Below, piece after piece: positions 13,629 to 27,400 of a stretch of DNA of 64,000 nucleotides. The stretch is taken from assembly GCA_964035545.1 (NCBI GenBank), contig OZ037768.1:9766741-9830740 (forward strand). Direction: 5' to 3'. The stretch comes from Bugula neritina (Eukaryota; Animalia; Bryozoa). The notes beneath the pieces are model-generated. The model had not been told where the DNA came from. It saw only the letters and a program-made list of their open reading frames with translations, and ran no database searches. A program made the position numbers and the translations under genes. Every line of letters starts with the position of its first letter. Position 1 is the stretch's first letter.

Positions 13629-15155
13629 TTAATTGGTATTTTTGTTGGTCTTTCGAAAAAACCATTTACGTCTTTTGCGTTTTTGGTGCAAGCTAGGTTG
13701 CCTGATCATTTGAGTATTTGTTGCTTGAAGATAAATTGAAGATTCTATACTATCGCTATCTGATAAAGCTGTTAGACGTGATGAACAAAGTCTTGCAGCG
13801 AAGTTCCACCGTGAGAGTTTTCTTCTCTTCCGTTTTCTTTTTCGCATTGTATTAATTTGATATCTTGAAGTGCTGAATTTCATTAGTGTACCTTTGGGTG
13901 TGCTATGTGCCAGGGGTGTTCCAATTCCCGAACTGTTAGTTTTACTCCTCCGATCACTGTTGGAGTTAACTTTCATAATTGAAAATGAGTTATTGGAAGA
14001 ACTCATCTTGTGATTGGCTGAACTGACTAAGCCCTCTGATATAAGAGCCTCTAGTCTATTTATAGCATTAGTACATTTGTCAATTATTTGGAAACTGTTT
14101 GAACTTTTACAGGTATTTGCTGTGGTAGCATCTGTAGAGACTGGTTGCTTAGTAAGCTCTAACTTCTGTGATGTGCTGCCTGGTTTTTTGCAACTGTTTC
14201 CACTTCTTGTTCTTTCTAAGAAAACGGCATCTGTCTCATTGTTTAATTTCTCTCCACAATCAGTGCCAACATCACATGTCATAACAGACTGCATCCTCTT
14301 GGTTTGTCTCTCATTAAAGTTTCTGACCAGTTGATCTAGTATTGTATGTTCATACTCTGCAGGTAGAATCTGTAGTATATTACCTATTGATATTCTCGCA
14401 TCCAGTAGTTGCAAAGACGGTTTCCTATATTCTTTATTGACAAATGCATCAAAGCACGGGCAGGTTTTTGCTAGCTTTTCATGGAGAAGTGGTGGTAGCG
14501 AAATTACTAATCTCAATAATTGGTGAAATGTGCCTTGAAAACTTGTGAAAATTATTGTAGATGGTGTCTGGTCATAAAGGTGACAGATATTGCTGCAAAA
14601 ATAGTTAGAATTAAAATTTAGCGAAACAATATAAATTTACACACAATTTCTCAATCTATAGTTTAATTATTATAATCAACAAATTTCTTAGGTAGTAAAG
14701 GTACAGCTAGAGATTGCAATGTGTGGTTATATTGGTAGCCATTTTATGTCAGCTTACCTACACAGGTTAGATATTAGCTCTTTATGCTCATCAAACGAAA
14801 TGCAGCCACTCATTTTTATTTCATGTTTCAAACTAACAACTTGCTGCCTCAAACTAGCATTTTCCTTTACTAGTTTTGTGGACTTGCTTGACCAATGCTC
14901 TGCCAGTGTCATTAACTCGGTATTCTTACTTTGAAGCTCTTTCACTCTATTCTTGAGTTTTCTTAGTGCTGTCATGCTAGTTTGGTAAGCGTTCTTCAAA
15001 GTGTCAACTGAAATTTACATAAAAGTCATTGCTTTCAGTTAGGCTTTCATCCTGTATTCAGTAGAAGCATATCAATTTTATCAAGTTAACAATTTATTTA
15101 TTTTCTACCTACAGTCTTGTGTAGAAATCTGCACTACGGCTTCCTTTTGATCCAT
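13629..15155 (-). CDS. Uncharacterised ~418-aa protein (N-terminal coiled coil, helical middle, S/T-rich linker, basic NLS-like C-terminus); coding exons 15155-15113, 15007-14758, 14592-13629, with probable 5' UTR exons further upstream (donor-like sites ~15459, ~16033, ~18814)
   Basis: The track ORFs 14754-14999 and 13629-14516 join in frame via AG|gtaag..gcag|C. The upstream exon MDQKEAVVQISTQD joins in phase 1 using the donor T|gtaggt. No family recognised. Confidence 0.7.
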
Positions 15156-16435
15156 GGTTGAAATTGGTATCCAAAGGTCTTGCTTATCTGTATAAAAAAT
15201 CGTCTGCATACAACATCAATTTTATTATCAATAGACTATAGCTTGCCAAGCATATATTTTATGTATCTTTTAAGGCTAATTGAACTATCAGCTATCAATA
15301 AAAAATAACTGTAGTCTATATACAGAAAGTAGTAGAAAATCTTTTAATTAGGGCATATTGGTAATAATCATGAAGTTGTTTTAGAAGTTAATATAATTCC
15401 CAATTGCTTTCTCTGTAAAAACTCATTGTGGAACTTGTTTTGAGTGATACAAAACTTACCTGAATCTTAGGAGACCCCACTAGTTCCCTCTGGCTGAACT
15501 CAAATAGCTATGCTAAATGGCAGTGTTTTTGGCTGATTATAATTCATCATGTCAGCATGATTAGTATCATTGTGCCTGTTTGACCAATAAGTTACCTATT
15601 AGTACAGAGCATAATGAGAAAGTAATGCTGACAGGCTTTGCTATTTTCTAATGATACTGTTATAATTAGTAGACTATTTACCAGGTGATTAATAAGCAAG
15701 ACAGGTACTGGAATATAAACATGTGTGAAATTGCAGCTATGTGATTGGTCAAAGTAATGAGGTTATGTAAAAGTATTCTGTTAGTAAAATATATTTCCAG
15801 CAACAAAATCTACAGACTAGTAGGCCAATCAGGGGTGTGTTCAAACTCTAATATCTCACCATTATAACTTATGCAAAATTCTGCCAGCTCAAGTGCGAAA
15901 TGCACAAAGTTCTAAAAAGTAGTTGTGCAACATTTGTTACTGCGTTATTTTATTTCATGTCTTAAAATTATGAGTTTACAGTTCATTTTCTCAAAATTTC
16001 TAAATTAAATGTTTAAAAGTTCAATCAAAACTTACATGCCTACAAAACACAGTTTTACCACAACTCCAACGCTGCTGCATAACGTACTTAATTTTTTTTG
16101 GCAAATTGTGGTGAATAAGTCTGGTTTTCTAGAAGTTGGGTAATCGCTGAATTCCCTAAGATTGGCTATCCATACTGATTGATACTTGTATCTGTTTGGC
16201 CTAATAATTCATAGTTTATATAGTCTACAATGATAATGCAGGCTAAAGAATTGCGTTACCCGTAATAATATTGCAGCTTACTTCACTATGACAATATTCT
16301 GGTTAGTGACAGGCTGCGATCTGGCATGGTTCTTCCTACTAAGAACCCTAAATCAACCACCACTGCTGTTGATATTGTAGAGCAGTAGTGAAGTCACTGT
16401 ACTGTGAGAGCAGTGCTACACCATACTCAACAAAA

Positions 16436-16533
16436 CTATACGCACACAAACACACACACACATATATATACACGTAAGTACATATATATACATACATACA
16501 TATATATCATATACATACATATATACATATATA
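16436..16533. repeat. (CA)n/(TACA/TA)n compound microsatellite
   Basis: Direct reading. Confidence 0.85.
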
Positions 16534-17712
16534 GCATGATGTCAACAATAACAAAATAACAACATTTAAATGATACGTTGCGTCTTGCGAATAGTCCAAC
16601 AATTAAAATGACTGAAAGTTCACTCTGTATCCGTCTCTTGGTGAAGCAAGCTCATTATTCTTCTGCCTCTGTTCTCCATTAAACTCAAAGATAATTACAA
16701 TGTATTCTGGAAAATACTCGATGATCTTTGATAATAAAACTCTGACTACTGGTGTGATTGTGATAGTCTCTCCAACCTACACTCTTACTGAGTAAGTTCA
16801 TTTGTAATTTATTTCAAAACTTGATAAGTAGAAAGTTTACAGCCTACTATTTAGTATTTATATAGTATTCATATGTTGTTTTCTATGATTATATAATTTT
16901 TAGATTATAACATTCATAGTATCTATTTATAGAGGACACCGTATGTAGAAATTCATCATAGGCTGAAACTTTATACTTCATTAAAATATTCTTAATGTTT
17001 AAATATTTAAAAAGTTACTAGCTGGTACGTAACGCTAAATGTAATGGATGACACAATGCATTGCACATCACATTAGAAAACATGCAGCATGGGGAATACA
17101 ATTCTCAAGTATTCTTGTTATATTAGATTTTCTGACCTCTATCAGTGAATATAGCATAGGTTTGTGATGCAGTCTATGTTGATTGTAAACATGTATTATA
17201 CATGTATCACCAAGATAAATTTCATTATGTACATGCAAGCCCATACGATAATCTATACACAATATTTTTTTTAGAAATCCAGATGAAGTTATAGAGAAGC
17301 AAGTCTTCATTAAAAATGTAAAGAGTGCTATTGGTAGAAATGGATTAGATAATGGAGTATGTGTGTTTGAGAAAGTGATAGACTATAAGATAACATTGGA
17401 AGATATTGAAGAGGAGGATAATGATGAAGTTGTCTCCCCAATTAGTAACAAGAAGACAACTTTCCAATATACATTATACGAAGTACTTTGTAGCAACAGA
17501 GGGAAAATTGGTAACAGTAGTAACAGTGACACTAAAGCTATATCCTACAGACAAAACAAAAGCTGTCGCTTCAAAATTAAATTAAATAGAAAGCTGCTAA
17601 AGGCTGTTAAATCTTGTTTTACAGTAAAAAGTGGTCAGTATTCTTTGTACTGAAACACCGGCCATTAACTAATGTTCATTTGGATTTATAGTATCTGTAT
17701 AATATTGTATTT

Positions 17713-18230
17713 ACACATATGTATATACATATCTACATATTGTGATGGATTTTAGTAGTGCAATTCTTATTATATTAATCGAAAAGGTTCACTCTATATT
17801 GTTTATTATCTTGTGAGTTCGACCCTGTCGGATTGTAACTATGGACAGCAGTGGCACCACTAGTAACCACCAATCAGGACAGTCATGCTAATGGATAGCA
17901 GGTGGAGCTAGCTACTCATAGTTGCAGTGCGTTGAGTAGCTAGCCGGCAGAGCAGCTCGGGACTTCATTTAGAGTAGTTGTGTATTAAAGCTCACTAATT
18001 ATATAATCGTTTTCTATTCATGTTAGCAGTAAATAACCTTCTTAAATTTGTGTAAATAATAAAGTTATCTTAGCGTAAATAATCTGGCGTAGTGGCTTTG
18101 ATTAAGTCGACCCACACATAATAATAGTGAACTGGCAAAATTCACTACAATATACACATATGTATATGCATATCTACATATACACATAATTATGTATATA
18201 CATATCTACATGTACACATATGCATGTATA
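17713..18230. repeat. ~28-bp minisatellite (acacatatgtatatacatatctacatat), ~3.5 copies, interrupted by the solo LTR
   Basis: One unit lies before 17741 and further units follow 18153. Confidence 0.75.
17741..18149 (+). mobile_element. Solo LTR (409 bp) with 4-bp TSD ATAT
   Basis: TGT...ACA termini with imperfect short inverted ends (tgtgatggatttt / aaaattcactaca). ATAT flanks both sides, AATAAA sits at ~18057, and the element interrupts a 28-bp tandem repeat. Confidence 0.75.
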
Positions 18231-18315
18231 GGCCTATAATTTTTTATTATCACGCAATTTATGTATATGTTACTGAGATAATAACTACAGTTAGTACTAA
18301 CTTAAATATAATATG

Positions 18316-18317
18316 TA

Positions 18318-18406
<89 letters not shown>
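18316..18406. repeat. (TA)n microsatellite, ~45 units
   Basis: Direct reading. It generates the spurious IYIYIY ORFs. Confidence 0.95.
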
Positions 18407-18408
<2 letters not shown>

Positions 18409-18809
18409 AGAGTGTCCTAATTTTTTGGGCAAAGCCTTATTTATTTCCTTTATTGGCACATGTTATTGTATAACAAATTATTTCATTAAAATAAACTGTT
18501 ACTCTATTGAACAACAAACTAATTGAAATAGTCTTGTGGTATATAATTCTTTAAACATTTGGTATAGCAGCACTTATTATATGGTGACATTTTCCTAGGT
18601 GCAAGTGAAAGCACTGGAATTGTTATTTAAGTCAGTTCCGTTGGTAGTGTCTTGAATATCAAGCATACAACTTGAAATGCTTACCAAAAGCACAACTGCA
18701 AAATAAAACATGGAAAAGTCTCAAATATCCCAATTATACTGATTATTATAAATTATAATTATTATATGTATAACTAAACTCTATAATTATTTGCTTTAGT
18801 TTAGAGTTA

Positions 18810-19265
18810 TCTTACCCAGCAATAATTGTATGCGCACAGACACAGAATACGTAAATTTCTAGGAAGATGACTCTTCATATCGTAAGATTCATAATGGTCA
18901 GAGTCACATGAACATTTGATTACTCTGATTTAGTGATTAGATTAGTCATTAGGGGACATAGGTAAACATTAGCAAATTGTTTCCAAGGACGTGAACACTT
19001 GGCATGGTGGTTGTCTTTAGCACTGACTTTACAATAGCTTTCAAGGCTGAGACAGCCGCCAATGACACTGAGCTTGGAGCTAGGGCTGAATGTTAATGTG
19101 CAACGTTAATGAGAATCGCTTGAATCAGCACCAAGTTAGGAGTTACTGAGTGCAATGGTTCGGAGGTTTCCAGTTTGGAGTTTGGAATACCAATAATGAC
19201 TGGGTCTACCCGAACTCGATGCTGCTTCTAGCAATTTTCAGTTTCCGTAACTAATTGGCCCCTGA
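18810..19265. promoter_or_regulatory. Probable bidirectional promoter for PPM1H (+) and the uncharacterised gene (-)
   Basis: GC-richer island with GTCACATGA at 18903, CCAAT boxes (~19059, ~19253 reversed) and a minus-strand donor (cttac, ~18811). It lies between the two head-to-head genes. Confidence 0.5.
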
Positions 19266-19269
19266 AATA

Positions 19270-20285
19270 TAATAATAATATTGATAATCATAATCACTGA
19301 GCTGGAATAGTTAATAATTATTGAGTTGATCGATCATAATCATAAGAATAGTCATCCTGCTTAGTGGTTCTAACCAATAAACTCAATAATTATTAACTAT
19401 TCCAGCTCAGTGGTTCTAACTGTTACTCTAAGGCTAAGCTCTGAAATAGTATTAGTACTACTACTAGCAATAGTTCATTAAGTCTGCACTTGTAATAATA
19501 CTTTTAGTTTTAGGTCTTAGAGGCAGCAAAGTCACTAAAATATAGTAATAGTTGCTACTCTTAGTCTTAAAGTTAATCTTAGAGTTAGTCTTACTCTTAG
19601 TCTTAGTGATACTGATAGTCTTACTCTTACTCTTAGTCTTAGTCTTACAGTTAGTAACTGTAAGACTAAGACTACAGTTAGTGTTACTGTTAGACTGTTA
19701 GTGTTAGTGTTACTGCTTTTATAATAATATTTTATAATAATATTATTATTATTAATATTGTAACTTGTAGTTTTTAGACCAACCCCAAGACTTAGTTTTC
19801 AATCATTAAATTTAATCTAATCTAATCATAATGACAATTATTAAATATTAATATTATTAATTAAACAATGATTGTTTTAATATTTATTCATATTATTATT
19901 AATATTTAAATTTTTTACATAAAAATTAAAGTTAGTTGTTGACTGTTATATTTATTGAATCAAAACAAAACCATTATCATTATGATTATTCATATTGTAA
20001 TACTAATACTCAGTAATAGTAATTGATTGTTATAGTTTATACTAATTTCAAATTAAAATTGTTCTATCCAATATCAATATGTTATTAAATATCAATATGT
20101 TATAGTTATACTTATATTAGTACTTATACTTGTACTGTTGTAGTTAATCCTAAGGTCTAATAGTTAATAATTATACTTATAGTCAATATATTAATCTAAT
20201 ATTTATAGTTGATGCTTACTACTGATTTATAAATGTATTACTAATATTATTTTAAGTTGATGTTAATGGTATCAAATAGTAATAT
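19270..20285. repeat. Degenerate hexamer tract in the PPM1H 5' region
   Basis: agtctt/actctt/agtgtt runs and internal palindromes. Confidence 0.85.
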
Positions 20286-21408
20286 GAATATTTCTGATTT
20301 TTTTCATTTTGGCTCAGTTAAAGTAGAACTTTGTTGCAATTCTTAACAAATTGCAGGAAGACCTTTATTTTAAACCCTTCTCACATGCTTTATATGTACA
20401 ACAGCAAATTTCTGTTTACACTTGGTGTGCTTATTTAGCTCCACTTGTGTGATGTGTTGTTTGTAGCAGAGCTGTCAATAGTTCAATACTGTAAAAAAAA
20501 AATACATGTGTGTGTGTGCGTGCTTGTGTGCCTGTGTGTGGATTTTATATAAAATCTGTATATTTTAATATATAGCTCTGCGCAAACTGTTATATGTAAG
20601 CAGTGTTGCTTATTTATATGCACTGTGTAGTAATGTTTGGAACAATTTAAACACAACGCAATATTTCTATTCATAGTTTTAATTATGGCCACATGTTGTT
20701 GGCTGATATATTACTATCTTTATAGCTAGTGCCTAGTAGTAATAACTGCAACATATGCGTATAATAATTATTAGTGTACTATTACCGACATTAGCTTACA
20801 TGATGATATATCATATAAAGACACTAGAGCAATATATTTTATAGTGCATGAAGGCAAAGTTTTATGATATGAATATAATATGCGTAGTTCAGTAGTTCCA
20901 TACATATATACTTATGGGTTACTTTTGTAATGTTATGAATATATTTTTACAGTCTCACAATTGTAATCTTAAACTTACTTATTTTAAACAACTGCATTGT
21001 TTAGAATTGCATCAATTGCATTTATTATACAAAAATTGCTATGTGGCAGAAGAATTTTAAATGAATATTATAGAGTAACAGGGAAAGATACTCAAAAAAT
21101 AAAATAATTATAAATACCTTCAATTCTGATTCTCAATTAATTTTGATTTATAAATCCCTGTGGAGCTTAAACAGTTTGGATTCTCAAAACCTACATTTAC
21201 AATGACGCATAGCGAAACACAATCTTTCAAACTTTTTATTTGCTTTAATTATGCTTTGTTATAATTTCGATGTTGAGTTTTAAGGCGGTTCTACTATATT
21301 TTCTTCAGGCAAATGGTTGTTCATGGTGGCATTAATTTTTTTTCTATAAGTGTGTGAGATTGTCTATTTTTACTTTAGAATGTGCGCTGAAGACATTTAT
21401 TACTAGAG

Positions 21409-24400
21409 ATGTTTCAATTTATAAGAGAACTTGGAATCGGCCGGACTAATACTACTGAAATGGCTAACAAAGCCATTAAAAGTAATGACAGGAAAGACAG
21501 CAATTTGGGGAAGAAAAATAAAGCATTCAGACTCAGAAAGAAAAATGTTATGGAAGAATTAGAAAATTTAACTACCAAATATCCATATCATAGACCTGTG
21601 TTTCTTGGTTTGCGATCAAATGAGGAGCTACAAATGGCCTTACGCCATGCAGAACGCCCTCTTACTCTTCCAAAACGTTCCCTCCTACCAAAAATAGCTG
21701 GCTATGCAGAGTAAGCATAATTTTTGTCTGTATTCTTTCTATTCCTAGAAACTCAAGTTTATAGTCGCCATCGCTGTGAGAAAATCCCTGATGAAAGGTT
21801 TTTTTTGTTAAATCGGGCTAAGGACTTATTCAGATGAGGCACATGGGCTATTTTGACTGAATGCTCTTCCTAACATCACCAATGGCCTTTGTCGAGATTC
21901 AAACCCATGACTTCGTGCTTCATTGGCAGACACTCTAACGGCTAGACCACAGCTGCTCCCTATTCTTTCCACTCGTTGCATAATTATTAAGAACTCAATT
22001 TAACTTCTTTCTTAACATTGGTCACTCAAAGTAAAACGCTCTGGATTTTAATGTTGCTGGCTAAATTACTGGTTTCTGTTTTCAACACTATTAGGTGTGT
22101 GAATGGTGGTAAAAGCCTCTTTAATGAAGACCAAGCATCGGCTGTTGAATTGAACATGGAGTTCACCAACTATTCCAACTCTTCGGAGAAGGAGAACCCA
22201 TTACATCATTTGGTAAATGTTGCACCTATTACAAAATGGCACCGGTGATGTACTGTGCGTAGTCTAAATGCTATTACAAGAGAAAAGTGGCACCCACAAA
22301 AACTTTTTTGTAGAAAATGTTTTACATGTATTTGCGTGATCAACATCTTTAAATGTTTTTATATACATCTGTATGAAATTTTCTTAAATTATCAAACATG
22401 TGTGGTGTTTTTGAAGATTTTTATGGAATTTTCTTATGCATTTGTATTCCGGTTTTCTGTTTAAAATGCCCAAAAAAGTATTTCCTCCATTTGAAATTGC
22501 TAGTAGTTCATTTGAGATTAAGTGTAGGGCCACACGACGTGCGAGAAATCCCATTTAACCCAAAAATTGGACGTTGCGTGCGGATTTTCAAGCGTCTAAC
22601 ATGCTGAGCGAGAAGTGCGACACGCTTGTGTGTGTTTGATCTAATTGGCTTATTACCATGTAATATTTAGCGAGCACATTTTTTTATTTTAAATTACGAT
22701 TTAACTTCTAACGAGCTGAATTAAAACAGTTATATATATTTTGCATTTCCACTTTTATAATATCCAAATCACTTTGCCGATGACGTAGTTTAAAAACAAA
22801 CGTCTGTAGGCGAGCAGTAAAGTTTAACGCTAACATCATTGGCTAATAAATTTTTGCACTCGCAACACACGCACTGTGTGTGGCAGGTCACTAGCGTGTA
22901 TTCTCGCTTGTCATGCTGGTGTAAAATGCGTCGTGTGGCCCTACACTAAGAAGGTTTTGTTTTTGTAAGAGCATAATGCTCGGAATAATTATACATTAGA
23001 ATGGTCATAGTTATGTGGTATCATGAAGAACAGCTGTGTCCCAACTCAAAGTAATTGGATACGGCTTCTACTACTTCCATGTACAGGCAACAGTGAAGGA
23101 CATCTTTTAATTATAATATATCTATAACTCAAATATATATAAATTATTCCTTATCAAATGTTTGTCATAATTATTTTTGTCCCTGCAAAAAGCAGTGTTT
23201 GACATAACTTTGCAATTACTTAGACCTGAATGTAGCCTTACTAATATTCTGTCAGGAAAAGGTAACAATCTTTGGTGTGTTTGATGGACATGCCGGGGCT
23301 GACGTGGCTGTAACTGTGTCTCACGAGCTGCCACATAGAATTAAGGTAAATCTTCTAGTTATTAATTGCATATCATTTGCATTGATGGCTGTGAGCAGTT
23401 TAGTGCATGACCCTTGTCACTATTGATTGATTCAATATAATGTACTAACGCATGGCATTCCCGGCTGTTTGAAGCATTATGAATATTTCCTTGACTATTA
23501 CTAGCTAGCACTCTCTGCGTGATCTTGTTCATTTCTATGATGTTGCTATTTTTGATAAACAATTTTGATAACTAAATTTGTTATCCATCATGTCCTTTTT
23601 AAAATTACCAAACTGTTATAACATATATTATATAGCCTTTCTAGCTACCTTTAGCTGCTCCTCAACCCATCATCCCTACCTGCAGCATGTGCGCTATCAC
23701 ACAGTGCAAGCAGTTTTGTTTGTGCAATTTGCTATAAATGTTGCGAGGCTATAAATCATGTCTTACCACTTTTCAGTTATTGGTTAAACTTTTCTGAAAG
23801 AAATTTTTACCCAATTCTACTGTTTAGTTGCTTTACAGATGTTTTATATACAGGATAAACTAGCATGCAGCTTAAGGACCCAATGTATGCATTTGCTTCC
23901 CTGTTGATGACATGTGACAGCATAGCTACAGCTCTATACTATTTTACTAAGCACAGCCACTCTATAGTCTACAGTTATTCAGTATAATTAGCTTGTGTTA
24001 TTGTAAGACTTTGGTGATGTATGTGAACCACTCAAGTTCTAGTATGTTAAATTTTATAGTTAGCATCATGATCCTAGCCTATATCTTCTATACATTGCAA
24101 TAAATTCTTACATTATATCAAATGTCAAATGGTTGTTTGTCCCAAGAACACACACTGTATTCTTGTTCCCGGTGTAGGAGCGTTTATGGGATGTAATAGA
24201 TGAGATTAGACATGCTTACACTAACAATGTGCAAGAAGACCTTTCACCTCAGACTATCAATGCACCCCTAGCTCCTGGTCCTAGCAAAAGAAAGCTCACA
24301 GTAGATCGGCTTGTCACAGGGGCTCTAGAGGCAGCCTTCCGGGATATGGTGAGAATTCTATCTATATACTGCATATTATATTGAACTAGTTCCTGAAATC

Positions 24401-27400
24401 TCTGTGCCTTTCATATATTTGTTACCATCAAACGACGTTTTCTGCTGGTGTAGCGGATTTAGTTTTAGAAGGATTATAATTGTTATTCTTTATTGTATCA
24501 GTGATGAAATGCATCCCTCTGGTTCTATGCTTCGGGTTATCAAAACTGTGCTCTAATATTAAAAGGATGTAAGAATTATGCATTACAAATTCTATTCGTT
24601 CTCTAAATCTATTTCTGGCCATAGGCAGATTCGGACAAATAGTTTATAAGATGAGCCTGCGAGTAAGTAGGAAAGTGGTGCAGCTGAATCGCAGAGCCTA
24701 GTAACTCTGTTCCCTATGTTTTACTGTTGTACTGCTAGAATTTGGAATCAATTCAATTAAATTACCTGTCAGATTAAAATATATGCTTTACTAAAAGCAG
24801 TTGAGTGGAATTTTAGTTGAGCTGAATGCACTTGTAACTACAGTGCTGGCAAAAAGTCTGGAATATTTCACTCATAAACAAATTTTTAACTATTGGTCTG
24901 ATTTAACCTGCCCTAGCAAGATTTAGGGTTGTGTTTTCGTTGCATATCTTTATAATTTATTTTATGTGTTGAAAAGACAATATATGACATGATATTGGGT
25001 CTCACATAGTGTCTAACCCTCAATTTGGAGGGAACAGCAAACAGCATGGCTGAGCGTTCATCCATGAAAAGAGCAGTTTTAGAGCGAATGGGTCTAAGAG
25101 GCTTTAAACACATAGAAATCACTAAGCACCTTGCAGTATCTCAAGAAGCTGTGTCTAAGACATTAAAAAAATCAAGAATGGACTTCTCAGTCCTGATTAC
25201 AAGAGCCAAACTCAAAATAGTAGGCTACCTAAGGTCAGCCCACAGACACTCCGCAGGGTTTGGCGTCTGGTGACCAAAGACCAAACCATTTCATCACCAT
25301 ATGATGTTTTAACACTGAATCTAACTGGGAAAGTGTCAGCCCGAACAATTAGACATCATGGTCTAAGCAAATTGAAGCTCAGAGCTTATAAACTAGCTTG
25401 TAGGCAGCTGATTTTGGCTAAGAACATTGCCAACAGTCTGGTGTTCCGGCATAAATGCAAGCACTGGTCAATTGAGCATTTTAATATTACAGAAATCTTT
25501 TGATTGATTTTGAAGAATCAAATGGCTAAAACTAACCCTGAGTCATACAGTGATTTTTTGGCAAAAATGAAAGATTTTTGGGTAAAAAAACTCACACCTG
25601 AGTACTGTGAGAAGCTTGCTGAATCAATGCCAAATCGTAATTTGAAACAGGGGTCATTGCAACAAATGCTGATTAGTGTCTACATGACAGCAAAATTTAG
25701 TATTAATAACATCCAAATATTATCTATTTTACCGCTTTGCTACATTTCTTGCTGTAAGAATGTCTATGAAACTCAAAATAAACCCATATCTCTTAAAACA
25801 TAAATTGTTCGGTTTTTAATCTGAATATTCCAGACTTTTTGCCAGCACTGTACATTACTATGAGTGAATGCAGTGCCTGTTGACACAAGTACAATGCCCG
25901 TTTCAAAATCTTACTTCCTTGCAGGTTGCCTCAGCTTTAATTGATGCAAAGCCATCTCCTGGGGGGGGGGGGGGGGGGGGTTGCCATAGGGGCTTATTGA
26001 GGGACAACAGATTCAGAGAGTTGTCAAAGATTTCAGACACAAAAATACGATTATGAATTACTCAAGTAGTTTGCATTTCAATATCTCGTGACCATCTAGC
26101 GAGCTGTTACTCTGCAACACGATTGAGCTGACTACTTCCTGTTATTGGAAGTGTTTTACTGAATAAAAATGTTGGCTAGCTTTCAGAATGGAAAGGCTGG
26201 GTTTTCAATTACAATATATTATGGTAGTGCTGCGTGCAGATACCCTGAACAATTGTTATATTTCAGCAATAATATGGCCATCATTTTGGATCTATTGTCC
26301 TATTATTGCACAATCATTATGGAGATAATCTTTGTAAGTAGTGTCATAGTTCCTGCTGCTTGTAATCATGCACTGATATTGCTCGTTGACTTTAGTGATG
26401 ATGTTAGTCACTGTGTTTACGCTGACTATGGCAAGACTATGGCATGATGCTGCAGTATGTTAGCATTAGTATCTGAATCACTGTATTGATGTAAAGGACA
26501 TTTAATTGTTACAAAATATCATGTTAATTACTTAGCATTGCATCATGGGCTGACATTCAGGAAAAGGTACAAAGTATAGTAGAGTTGTCTTTTCAATGAT
26601 AATCTTGTTGGAAGCAAAATAGTATAAAGTTGCTTCGTAATAATACTCTTGTCTCAATCTAGACACTAGAGTCTAGACAGACACATCAATCTGATCAGAA
26701 GTGACAATTGAGTCCATGAATAATGCAGGGAAACCGATTTAAAACTGTCCAAACACTGCTTATATTGCACAACCTTTTTTATTTTTTTTTAAACTTGTTT
26801 ATATTGACAGACAAAAATGTTTACAAATTAGAAAATAGAACTAGCAAAAAAAACAATTAAATTGATTAATATGTTCAATAAAATAAAGTGTGGAAGTCGT
26901 CTTTGCTGGACATTTTATATGGGAAGAATGCTCTTGCTGAAGTTTCTATATAATGTCTCTCCAGTTATGAGATCGATGCACTAAAAATCTAATGGCGCCT
27001 GAAAGTTAAGCCTCGCTTTATCAAGAAATATTACAGCAAAGGGTACTTGACACCAAATTAAAAGGCACTAAATTGAAATAAATGAACTGAAGGCTATGTT
27101 GTTCTATTCCAAACATGGCGGTGCTAGTATAAAATGTATAACTTCCTCATTTTAAACAATAATATTACCTGAAGCTCTATCACATATAAAACATGCAATC
27201 TGCAACGGTAATCGGCAAGCTGTGTTCTTGTTCTGGAGTTATACAAGTTTGGATTTTAAGATGCTAATCTGTGTTATTCTCATTTTAGGATACCAATTTA
27301 GTAGAAGATGCAGTGAAGTACACTGTTAAAGGTGGTTGTGCTGCTCTGGTTACTCTATTCTATGCTAATAAACTCTACATAGCTAATGCTGGAGACTGTA

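Noticed and set aside
17363-17653. 96-aa ORF with an acidic patch
   Set aside because: GTG start, no splice partners and no recognisable domain; possibly a TE remnant.
18224-18526. IYIYIY ORFs
   Set aside because: They derive from the (TA)n microsatellite.
21860-21960. Possible tRNA gene
   Set aside because: A/B-box-like motifs are present but I could not fold an intact cloverleaf; diverged copies with a shared downstream core indicate a SINE.
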